A stretch of 64,000 nucleotides of DNA from Flectonema sp. DT1601 (taxonomy: Eukaryota): contig OZ025791.1 of assembly GCA_964019425.1 (NCBI GenBank), positions 372,001 through 436,000 of the forward strand, read 5' to 3'. A model generated the notes under the pieces. The model saw only the letters and a list, made by a program, of their open reading frames with translations. It was not told where the DNA came from and did no database searches. Of the stretch, positions 54,650 through 64,000 are shown in pieces. Numbering within the stretch: the stretch's first letter is position 1; each line of letters starts with the position of its first letter. A program made the position numbers and the translations under genes.

Positions 54650-55666
54650 TCATATCAGATCATCTATCTTTTTAAGAGCTTCACAAGCAGGCAATGAAAT
54701 ACCGATTGATTTCTTAATGTTCATGGGAGGCCATGATTCTGTTTCATTACTGTTAATTCGTATAAAGGAAGTTTCAATTTTAAAGTCAATAAGGTCATCT
54801 GCTAGTGTTTCAGCTTCTTCTCGTGCAGTTGGGACGGATGTTCCGCAACCAATTTCGAGAATTAAAAGTTTTAATGGTTTTGACGTGTCTTCTAAAGACA
54901 TCCTCCACGTCATGTATCCCATGGCTCTGAATGATGAATCAATACAAGTCTCAACTCCCAAATCAATAATATTTGGTATCGCTCTACTACCACAATGTGG
55001 ACATTGCGGAAATCCTTTTTCATTAAAAACACTTTTTTCAATTTCAATGGATGAACTAGCCTCACTTTTTCCATATTTAATTTCAGAATGATATGTCTCA
55101 AAAACCAACACTTTAGAACTGGTACTGACTGCAGTTGGATCACCCTTGTATGTTAAGGAAACAGGATTTATTGTAAATTTGAATCCCTTTGGAAGGGTCC
55201 AGATGCTAACCCCTCCACTACATTTATTACCTTTAATGCATTGCCAATGTGATATATTGCCATGAGCTTCAGAATGGTCTTCGAAAACACTACTGACCAC
55301 ACCATCTATTGCTTGGCTGTACAGATAGAAGCTCGGTAGTCTTCCTTCTATGCTTGATAAGACTTCTTTGGAGTTTACACGGTGTTGCCATTTTTTTAGA
55401 ATTTCGATACCGTTGTGGGGAGTAGCCTCCGCCGCTAAGTTGTAAATCCTTCCCCAATAGCCGTAGAATAATTCTGGATTTTCTATTGCTAGTGATGGAG
55501 TAAAGTCAGATCCTCTGTACATACATAACTCTTCATACATAGTTCCTGTACATGTGTCTACCCCGCAAGGTACTCCGCATTCAACACTGTTGCCGCTTCC
55601 GTTAACGAGAAGTATTACGTCGGCTTCGCGGACAATTGTCGCAGCAGATGCTATTGAATCTTCCAT
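54650..55666 (-). CDS. Divergent Sir2/sirtuin-family protein
   Basis: ADVILLVNGSGNSVECGVP, TPHNG, SQAIDG, EAHGNISHWQC, PQCPHCG...PNI, LEIGCGTSVPT, IRIN. Confidence 0.82.
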   Translation of the reverse strand: MEDSIASAATIVREADVILLVNGSGNSVECGVPCGVDTCTGTMYEELCMYRGSDFTPSLAIENPELFYGYWGRIYNLAAEATPHNGIEILKKWQHRVNSKEVLSSIEGRLPSFYLYSQAIDGVVSSVFEDHSEAHGNISHWQCIKGNKCSGGVSIWTLPKGFKFTINPVSLTYKGDPTAVSTSSKVLVFETYHSEIKYGKSEASSSIEIEKSVFNEKGFPQCPHCGSRAIPNIIDLGVETCIDSSFRAMGYMTWRMSLEDTSKPLKLLILEIGCGTSVPTAREEAETLADDLIDFKIETSFIRINSNETESWPPMNIKKSIGISLPACEALKKIDDLI

Positions 55667-55774
55667 ATTAGTGTGCTGATGATAATGAACAGTAAACAGT
55701 TATATTATTACTACGTCATCTTTAATATAACTAAAGGTAAACAACTTACATCTGAGTACATGTTTAGGTTCTGT

Positions 55775-57739
55775 TTAAGTCCTAGGCAGGGACTTATTCT
55801 TATTCTCATAAGCCAACAACATGAAAGTGTTAAGAGAATGAATAGCAGCAGCTCCTTCAGGGAAGGTATCAAGTCTTCGAAGAACAGCAACACACGTAAC
55901 TTGAACAGCATCAGAAGAATGAAACAAACCAATAGCAACAGGGAACAGACCTCCACCTTGAAGTGGAAGCATTGATAAAAGAAGAAGCATGTCAGGGACA
56001 TCTCTAATCAGACGATAAAGAGATTGAAATACTAACAGCGAATCATCTGAACAAAGTTTTGTTCCACTACGCAGTCTGTGTAATATAACTTTTAGATCTT
56101 TAGCTTTTTGAGAATCTGGTGGGAGAAATTTTAACATATTTCCTGATCTCCATCTGCGGATTCTCTGGGAGTTTGCTTCCCACAATTGTTGAAGCTCCTG
56201 ATCTCCAGAAATGTCTTTAAAAACACCCGTTGCCATGTCAGATATTTTTGTAACATACGATCGAATGTGATATCTCAACGCTCTCTCTGAATCATCTCCA
56301 CTTTGTTTATGTTGAACAAGACTTTGAAGCTTTGATACTAAATTACTATCAGCTGATGCGTGTCCAGGATCGGATACCGCAATTGGTTTGTTTTCGGCGT
56401 TGGGTTTCACTCCTTGTGGTGTTCCAGCACCGATTTTAATTTTACCAGAGTCGACAGAACATAATACATCCCACCATTCTGGGTGGTGTTCAAACATTGG
56501 ATTTGTAGCTCCAACGATACATCCATTCTGAAGAGTTGTCCAATAATGCATACATGTGAGTGATGTATAAGGAAATGTTTTAGCTAACAATCCACCAGTA
56601 CATGGGGATACTAAACTTGCTGCTGCTAGTACGACTGAGCAGATGTCAGCTGCTGACTTTTGATAAGTTAAAAATACAACTCTCAAACCCGACATGATTG
56701 AGTTTAAGATAGTTGTGATTCCTTCTTTAAAGATATCCAACAACATCGCTACTGATCCTTGTGACAATACAGTATCATAGTCAACGCAATGGGGGATTTT
56801 AATGTTATATTGTTGGTCTTTTATTTTTATTTCAGTTTTGTATGTAACTTTTGTTTCTTTTAACAACACATCCCTCCATACTCTGCATCTCAGGGGGTCT
56901 ATTGCTTCTGGAGTGAGAGTGTTAAGATGTAGCTGAGTTGAATTGTTGATTGTTTCGTATAAATTTTGTATTAATTTCTGTTGTTCAACAGGATCTGAAC
57001 CTTCTTTGTGATTAAGACACTGTTCTAATGTGTCTTGGAGTAGTTGTTCAAAACACATTAAATATTTAGCATCATGGCATCCAATAGAAATACCTTTGAC
57101 GATTGCTCCTCTTCGAACAGAAGAATCCCGTCTATTTCTAACTTTATTCATACAATATAACAATGAGTCACTTTCTACAGGTACTGGTGCGTTACCATCT
57201 TCCAATACCCAGTTTTTCAAAATTACGCTGTGGTCTTTCTCAACACATAGTAGTAAATCATATCCTGAACCAGTATTGCCTAATACATAGTATTCTGGTT
57301 CATCAATAAGTGTCGTAAAACCATCAGGTTGATCACACTGTGTGAGTGATATGTCAGACTTTGTAGTAATTGGTATTGATTGTTTGGTTTCTCCTTCTTT
57401 ATTCTTGGTGAATAACTCACCTTTGTTTTTTGTTACGACTTGCTCATCTTGCAGTAGAGTCCAAGGGTTCTCAGCTGCTGTGTTAGTATTTTGTCTGTAA
57501 ATTTCAACAGAAATTCCCTCAGTTGTGGTTGTTTTGTAAAGAGAGCTCTCTCGATTCATAAAAAAGATTGTTCGCATGTCATCATATCCTTCACATCTAT
57601 CTGGAAGCATCTGCTCACAAAGGTAAGACACATCAACATTTTTTCTATTTGGATAACGAACACGAACAACAGCACCAGTATCTATGTCGAATTCTGCGAG
57701 GGCAATAAAATTCACAATGGAATTTCCATCTCCCGACAT
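55775..57739 (-). CDS. DENN-like protein of the Afi1/MesA (Avl9-related) group
   Basis: IALAEFDIDTGAVVRVRYP, EQMLPD, VRRGAIVKGISI, FPYTSL, IVGATNPMFEHHPEWWDVLC. Confidence 0.85.
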   Translation of the reverse strand: MSGDGNSIVNFIALAEFDIDTGAVVRVRYPNRKNVDVSYLCEQMLPDRCEGYDDMRTIFFMNRESSLYKTTTTEGISVEIYRQNTNTAAENPWTLLQDEQVVTKNKGELFTKNKEGETKQSIPITTKSDISLTQCDQPDGFTTLIDEPEYYVLGNTGSGYDLLLCVEKDHSVILKNWVLEDGNAPVPVESDSLLYCMNKVRNRRDSSVRRGAIVKGISIGCHDAKYLMCFEQLLQDTLEQCLNHKEGSDPVEQQKLIQNLYETINNSTQLHLNTLTPEAIDPLRCRVWRDVLLKETKVTYKTEIKIKDQQYNIKIPHCVDYDTVLSQGSVAMLLDIFKEGITTILNSIMSGLRVVFLTYQKSAADICSVVLAAASLVSPCTGGLLAKTFPYTSLTCMHYWTTLQNGCIVGATNPMFEHHPEWWDVLCSVDSGKIKIGAGTPQGVKPNAENKPIAVSDPGHASADSNLVSKLQSLVQHKQSGDDSERALRYHIRSYVTKISDMATGVFKDISGDQELQQLWEANSQRIRRWRSGNMLKFLPPDSQKAKDLKVILHRLRSGTKLCSDDSLLVFQSLYRLIRDVPDMLLLLSMLPLQGGGLFPVAIGLFHSSDAVQVTCVAVLRRLDTFPEGAAAIHSLNTFMLLAYENKNKSLPRT

Positions 57740-58214
57740 ATTCGTTTTTTAACAAAACACTGATTGAAAAAAAAATATATATAATTTTTTAAGACAAAGC
57801 AGATGCATTCACCATTCTTATTTAACTCACCCATCACATTGCTAAGTCCTTTTTGAATCAAACTTACTTCACAAAGGGAACAAACAACACGGCGGTCCGT
57901 AGTTAAAATGATTTTTTGATGATGCCAAACAGGTGTTAAGAAGGAACTAAGAAATACATAACTAACTTGCTAAGTGTTTTGAAAACTTGAATTGACACTT
58001 AAATCACAAAAAAGCTTTTTTATCATTGTATTTTTAAAAAAGAAAAAAAAAAAAGATTACTTCGAGCTTTTTTTCCTCGCAAAAATAGAATGAAGAAGCC
58101 CACCGAGATTAAATCTGACGTGATGAACATTTCGATAGATCGAGTTCCTTCCTTTAGGATTTACACAGAAAAAATTTTAATTTTTTCTGCGAGCGAGAAC
58201 AATGGTTGTCGAAA

Positions 58215-59636
58215 TCAAACGTCGCATTCGTGACGGGGTTTTACTTCTCCTAAATTGATGTACACGAGACTCGAAGATGTAATAATTAAATTAACACAAC
58301 AACCAAGAATCATACCCGTCCAGAACCCGTGGACTCCCATGTCACAATAAAATCCGAGATAAAGTCCGAAAGGGACACCACAAATCCAATAAGCGATTGT
58401 AGTACAATAGAATGAAACCTCTTGAAGACCTGCTCCACACATAGCACCGTTTAGAACAGCTTGTAAAGTAGTTAAAACATAAAACCTACTAACAGGAATC
58501 ATTAATGACGACGTCAGAATCACAGTTGCTGGATCTTCAGAATACCCAACCAACCACTGTGACAGCTCATCCTTATAAATAACAATACTGTAAGAGGCTA
58601 CTGTTGATATACAAAGTGCAATTAACAGGTGTAGAAGGACTGTTTGCTTTGCTCTTTTTGGGTACTTTGATCCTAACCAGTGGCCTACTCTAACAGTACA
58701 GGATATACATAGAGCGTATGAAACTTGATACAATACTGTTAGTAGAGTATTGGTTACAGCATTTGCTGTGAGTTGAGTCCTATTAAGACGTCCAGCAGCA
58801 ATCACTAAGACTTCACTTGACCACCACTCAGCCATCATTGCAAGCATAGCGGGTAGTGCTAACCTCGCATAAGATTTCAACTTCTGCAGTGAAGGCAACA
58901 TAGGAACTTGATTAATTGGACCTAACTCTCTACTCAATACAATCGCAAATATCGCAAACAGTAAACCCATACTCAGGGGTGGACTGTTCTGGGGAGAGAC
59001 AACTTTTCCCACAACCCGAAGTAGTCCAAATAATAAAAATATACCACTTCCACATATCAGAGCACCAGGCCAAGGACGTAATAACGACTCAAGCATACGT
59101 CTATACGATATGAAAATAGCGTAGAATGGAAATGTTAAGGTGGAGAGAAGCAGGTAAGTTACGGCGTCGGTGCTGACTACCGGGTCTTGACCGATGCTGT
59201 CGAGAAAAGCAGGCAGCAGTGGAACAAGTGAAAGAGGAACTAATGTCCATAAAACATGTGTGAGTAATGCTGCATTCATGAAGTCTTCAGGAACACCAAC
59301 ACCTCCTATTTGTGAAGCACCGTGAGCTTGTGATGCTAAAGTTGTTAACGCAGTTGATAAACCTGAAATAGCAGCCCATCCCATTATTGTTGTTAAACTC
59401 ATCCCAAGTGTTACTCCTGCCAAGTGTTGTGGTGCTTCTCTATTCACATAATTCATCGATATCAAGTTCATTGAGTATTGTCCAAACCCTCTCACAATTA
59501 AAGGTCCCGTTATTGCAACTACTAAAGGTCCCTCTTTTAAAATAAACTTCCCAATATTACCAGTCGTTGGAAGCTGATTGCTACGCGAACTGCTTGGGGA
59601 TCCAACTCCCCCAAGGAGTGGATCACATTCTCCCAT
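58215..59636 (-). CDS. MATE family efflux transporter
   Basis: GLSTALTTLASQAHGA, LALPAMLAMMAEWWSSE, VRVGHWLG..P..AK, GVHGFWTGM; about 12 TM segments. Confidence 0.92.
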   Translation of the reverse strand: MGECDPLLGGVGSPSSSRSNQLPTTGNIGKFILKEGPLVVAITGPLIVRGFGQYSMNLISMNYVNREAPQHLAGVTLGMSLTTIMGWAAISGLSTALTTLASQAHGASQIGGVGVPEDFMNAALLTHVLWTLVPLSLVPLLPAFLDSIGQDPVVSTDAVTYLLLSTLTFPFYAIFISYRRMLESLLRPWPGALICGSGIFLLFGLLRVVGKVVSPQNSPPLSMGLLFAIFAIVLSRELGPINQVPMLPSLQKLKSYARLALPAMLAMMAEWWSSEVLVIAAGRLNRTQLTANAVTNTLLTVLYQVSYALCISCTVRVGHWLGSKYPKRAKQTVLLHLLIALCISTVASYSIVIYKDELSQWLVGYSEDPATVILTSSLMIPVSRFYVLTTLQAVLNGAMCGAGLQEVSFYCTTIAYWICGVPFGLYLGFYCDMGVHGFWTGMILGCCVNLIITSSSLVYINLGEVKPRHECDV

Positions 59637-59906
59637 ACTTTATGAGAGACGCTGTGCAAATAATAATTATAATAAAAACAAACTAACTAACATTGGGCTT
59701 GGGGTCATAGAGGATATGCCTGACAAGAAAGGAATATGAATATTGCTGTTTGAATCTTCAAAGCACTCCAGCTAAACGAATACTAATAAAAGAGATGACG
59801 AATACAATAAATATGTAAACAGATACTCAAGTACAGATACTAATACAATACAGGTGGTTGCAAAAGCGCTGGTAGCGCTTGTGAAATCGCTTTTTTATAA
59901 CAGGAA

Positions 59907-61508
59907 TTACACAGTGCCTCCACGGACCCCAGTACGGGGAACTGTACCCGGAGATGTGTTGTTGGCAGCAGTGTTTTTTACAGAATTCATAGCAGCACCC
60001 TGAATCAAATGGTGACCACCACTAACATGAGCAGATTGTGGTGAAGGTGAAGCGTTTACAGAATTGTAAGCTGCTGCAGGGTTTTGTTTGAAGTATTCTT
60101 CCCAAGTAAGACCACTTTCCCGAACAGCTGCAGTATGATGAGAACTTCCAGGTCCTTGTGAACGACGGGGTGTACCCACAACTGATACAGCCGCTTTATT
60201 AATTCTCACAGCTGAACACAAGACTCTACTGAGAGTATCGTACTCTGGAACTCGATTGCAATGAAACTGAACGACTCTGTCTCTGAAGGTCAGAACCATA
60301 CAACCATTTAACATATATTTAACTCTTTTTGGTCGATTTGGATCTCGATCATCAATCACAGCACCAAACAGATCATCACCATCACGATATTCAGCGAATG
60401 CCGGATCTGTTGATGCTCCCACTCCGGCTTTGAAAGAACGCAATTCGTTTAGTGGGCACATGTCTGCGTAGTCTCCCTCAAGAGTTGGGGAATTGAACCA
60501 AATTAACCAAGGGAATAGTCTTCTGTGTTTATCAACAAAGGGCATCACATTCATCCATTTACGTTGTGGACCAGCTCGTAGACCGTAACGAGTCAGTGGA
60601 ACGAGGATGCTGCCAAGAGCAGTCCAGTCGTCACATAATCGCTGATCAGAAAGCCACGGTTCCATAGCTGCTGGGTCGTCTATCCCACGAAGGAAGAAAA
60701 GTTGTTTTATGAAGTCGGCACCAGTACAATTTCGAGGGTCATGTGTAGGAGCAACAGCAAGAGAACCAACTGCTGATTGCCTATCTGAAAGTCTATCAGA
60801 CATCTGGTCCATTGTCATTGCTGGCTCATCAACTGGTGGTGATAGTGGGACTGGATCAATATGTCTCTCAACGGGTGTTGGAGTTTTCTTTGGAACTACA
60901 TTTCTCTCAACAGGTTTATCGTATAACCTCCTATCCCATTCTGGATGTGGAGGTGTTCTCTGACCATGCCACACAGGTTGTACAACTCTCAAACTCATCG
61001 AGTGAGCGTCCATATTCGACATATCAACAACTCGATTTGCTGAAATAGTTGCTGGTGGTACACTAACTCTTGGGGCTAGCCATGGTTCAGGTGCAGGAGT
61101 TCGAGTAGCTCTACTTGGACTTGCTGGAGGAGTAATAATTCGAGGAGAAGTTACCTTATGATACCCTGGACTTGGACTTTCATACTTTGGTTGGTAGGCT
61201 GGAAGGATAATTGGCGCAGGGTCGGCAGCAGTTGGAGACATTCGTTTTCTTGCTCTTTCGAATAAGGGCCGGAGCTCAATTCTTGCACTGTCAGGGCTGG
61301 GGGATCTCCTTCCACTACCAAAAGCTCTGGTTACCATGATAGGAGTGATAGGTGATGCCATCTGTGGTGTAGACATCCCACCTAAACGTTCATACGCACC
61401 TGATCTTCTCGGATCTGAACGAATTTCACGTGAGCTCCGCATGTCTGCTCTATGAATGCGGTCCGGTGATGGAGATAACCTCATTCGAGGAAACTTATCC
61501 TCCTCCAT
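59907..61508 (-). CDS. Hypothetical protein with Pro/Ser-rich N-terminus and possible PH-like domain
   Basis: 533-aa ORF; a globular-looking segment GPQRKWMNV...CMVLTFRDRVVQFHC follows a low-complexity region. Confidence 0.7.
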   Translation of the reverse strand: MEEDKFPRMRLSPSPDRIHRADMRSSREIRSDPRRSGAYERLGGMSTPQMASPITPIMVTRAFGSGRRSPSPDSARIELRPLFERARKRMSPTAADPAPIILPAYQPKYESPSPGYHKVTSPRIITPPASPSRATRTPAPEPWLAPRVSVPPATISANRVVDMSNMDAHSMSLRVVQPVWHGQRTPPHPEWDRRLYDKPVERNVVPKKTPTPVERHIDPVPLSPPVDEPAMTMDQMSDRLSDRQSAVGSLAVAPTHDPRNCTGADFIKQLFFLRGIDDPAAMEPWLSDQRLCDDWTALGSILVPLTRYGLRAGPQRKWMNVMPFVDKHRRLFPWLIWFNSPTLEGDYADMCPLNELRSFKAGVGASTDPAFAEYRDGDDLFGAVIDDRDPNRPKRVKYMLNGCMVLTFRDRVVQFHCNRVPEYDTLSRVLCSAVRINKAAVSVVGTPRRSQGPGSSHHTAAVRESGLTWEEYFKQNPAAAYNSVNASPSPQSAHVSGGHHLIQGAAMNSVKNTAANNTSPGTVPRTGVRGGTV

Positions 61509-62394
61509 AATATTTTATAAAAATATTAATTAAACCTTGTTAGAGAAATAATATAAACAAAACTACTTTAAATATCCGACGATCAAAAATAATTGAAACG
61601 GAGTAAAGAATTTTATTTAGATTACTTTGCCTGTACGACAAGCCTCACAGTATCAGATCAAGGATACCTTGATTTCACTGCATCAAACAAATTAAAAAGA
61701 ACGAAATAAAATAAAACAAAAAAGAAGTCTCCTCGCATCATCTTTTTTTTCCTTTTTTCTTTAATATTTATGGTACTCAGCGGGAGAATTCATTTTTTTT
61801 TTCTTTTTTTCGTGTACTAAGAAAAGTCTTAACTTTTTTGGTTCAAAACCGCAACTATAAAAAGAAGACAATACATTTGGGCCAGTCAGTCAGGAAAACA
61901 AAAATAATATTCAAACATGTGTACAAACTAATATTGTTGGTGAGCTGCAAATCACAATAAGGAATACATTGCGCACCTTTTTTTTTACAATCAGATGATT
62001 GCTGGTTGAAAATTGATCCAAAAAAAACGAGCAAGAAAAACAGCAATCCACCTACCTATTCCGGTTGCTGATGAAGATAAATCCAGGAACAGCTTCTGTG
62101 GTTAACGAGATATATAGTTAGCGCACAGTACCAGTTAAGTAGATGTGCAAAAGAGAAAAGCCTGAGCGAAAACTATTTTTGTAGTTTCCTATTAATTCCA
62201 CGTGTACGAAATACGAGTTATTTATCTTAATTATTTACCTATTTTTAAAAAAAAATAAAAAAACATAAAAAAAAAAAAAAATTTAAAAAAAAAAAAAAAA
62301 GAGAACTAAACTTTTTTAACACAAATAAAAATAAAGGATTAGTAGGGTTACAATAACTACGCTTTGATAAGTTACAAGCGCAGAGTTAAATATA

Positions 62395-63969
62395 TTACTC
62401 AGCGACTTCACGAATAAGAGAGGAGTCCATTCTTTGACCAGCAGGCGGTGGCCAAAACACACCTCCACTTTCTTTTGGTTTGGTAGGGGAGTAAGGAGCG
62501 AAATCTTCCTGATGGTCATCAACTTCCCATTCCCCGTCTTCAGGTTCTTCCTCTTCTTCTTCTTCCTCCGCGACAATCCTTTGCGGGCTCACTTCGTTGC
62601 TATTTTTCATTACTTCAGACAGTTTTGGAGCTGAGAATTGTTCCTTTTCACGTTTTGTTTGGAATCCATAAGACGGAGCCTTGACCATTCCTTTTTCACT
62701 TTCTGCTCGCGCCATTACTACCATTCTGAGATGGACTTTTCCGACTAACAGTCCAGAGCTATCTGAACACTCAAACCAATTATCTACCGTGTGCTTCTCT
62801 TTTAATGACAAGTAAAATAATAATGGTATTTTACAAATTCCTAATGTCTTATGTTGCATCAGTTTGTTGTGTTTTAATTTGACCAGCAGGTACTGTTTTT
62901 TTTATTTTAATTCATTCGTTATAATACCGAAGTGGTGTATTAAAGTATAAAATCATACCTGAGCGTTCTTTACTTCTGTGAAGAACTCAAATGCTTCATT
63001 CCATTTTGGGTGTTTGGTATCTTTTTGAACTTTTGTTTCCCTACACACTTCTTCCTTGTTTGGAAGAGCTAATTTAACGTATGTTGATTTTGATGAAGAC
63101 ATTAGCTCTCCGCTAACTACTTCAACAATTAGTTTGCGTGTTTCCATCTTCACACCCGTAACTTTAAAAGCCTTTCCTATTTGAGAGGGTGCTCCTCCAG
63201 GCACTCGTAATTTCAAGTGAAGTTCACCAGTTCGCTTTCCTGGTCCTAATTTTAATGGAAACCAATTATCAACAACAGTTGTGTCTGTGAAAGGCAAGAA
63301 AAACTTCATCGGAATTGCTACCAGTCCAATACGTGTCCAACTGAAACCCTTTTTGTTATTAACTGAAAACACTAAGTAGTATCCTTCATGAAGTGCTGCT
63401 GGGAATTCAAAAGACTCAAACCACGATGGTTGATCTCCTTCTTTTACACTACTTCTATGCATAGTATCGTCGATAGGTACTCCTCTGGTGTTAACAGTTT
63501 TACAGACGGACATTTTTACTTGAGGATAGAGTTTACCTTCTACTTCAAGTTTACCAGCTATTAATTCAACAATAATTCTATTACCTGAGTATTGATGACG
63601 AGGTCTTGTTCTAACGGATACCTTTGGAGATGATGGAGTGTAGGTATTTGATCTTCTTCTCGTGTTGGGTTTCTCACTTTCAATATTTAATGATAAACCT
63701 CTATCCTCTGGTGTCATATGTGGTGATTTTGATTCTTCAGTAACACCATGAGTAGCAGTGTCTAGAAGTCGTAATATTTTCTTTCGATGTCCCATTTTCT
63801 CAACTCCTAAATGTAGTAAGTCAGAGTCGCTTAGTCTCATCACGTCTTCGACATCTTCGAATCCGTTCGCTTCAAACATATCAATATATTCACCAAATCC
63901 ATTTAACGATAAGAAGTCCGCAACCGTTTGAGATATACATGATGGATCAGAGTGTTGCGGTGACGACAT
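62395..63969 (-). CDS. SAM domain + two C2 domains; exons 63969-62959 and 62892-62395
   Basis: SAM: VADFLSLNGFGEYIDMFEANGF...LGVEKMGHRKKIL. C2: PSWFESFEF and PKWNEAFEF. Splicing joins two track ORFs (KNAQ|YLLVKLKHNKLMQHKTLGICKIPL...VDNWF) and completes the second C2. Confidence 0.9.
62893..62958 (-). other. Spliceosomal intron, 66 nt
   Basis: CAG|gtatga...attaaaataaaaaaaacag|TAC; in-frame join restores the C2 domain. Confidence 0.92.
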
Positions 63970-64000
63970 CTTTTGAGCAACCTGACAAAATAGATAATAA

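Noticed and set aside
54537..54653. ATGA overlap between the sirtuin stop and the ORF-track start of array copy 5, resembling bacterial translational coupling
   Set aside because: Alignment to the other copies and the signal peptide place the start at 54536, after its own CAG acceptor.
62860..62958. Possible stop-codon readthrough or frameshift between the two C2 ORFs
   Set aside because: Fully explained by a canonical 66-nt GT-AG intron.
1..64000. tRNA, rRNA, SL RNA genes or transposons
   Set aside because: None recognised by eye; a covariance-model scan would be needed to exclude small RNAs.

Overview
Eukaryotic, AT-rich nuclear DNA. All ~27 credible genes lie head-to-tail on the minus strand. 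Most have a U/C-rich tract ending in CAG just upstream of the ATG, and four contain short GT-AG introns. This combination suggests a euglenozoan polycistronic unit with spliced-leader trans-splicing plus cis-splicing, most like a diplonemid (inference). Recognisable genes: CysRS-like, CLPTM1, cyclin, LRR, beta-helix, WW, BLUF-cyclase-like, cyclophilin-like, ABHD14, RBM22/Slt11, TPM, PPR, OPR/FASTK-like, ERI1-like, Sir2-like, Afi1/DENN, MATE and SAM-C2-C2. Main observations: (1) a five-copy tandem array (38050-54536) of a secreted SASA acetylesterase + GH27 alpha-galactosidase fusion, apparently homogenised by gene conversion yet variable next to the GH27 catalytic residues; (2) cis-introns of 64-72 nt ending in an A-rich tract (AACAG), whereas putative trans-splice acceptors are U-rich; (3) a photoactivated-adenylyl-cyclase-like protein with a degenerate cyclase site; (4) a CysRS paralog with KMSKS changed to NMMHG; (5) an RBM22 lacking its RRM. 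All domain calls come from motif recognition by eye; no searches were run.
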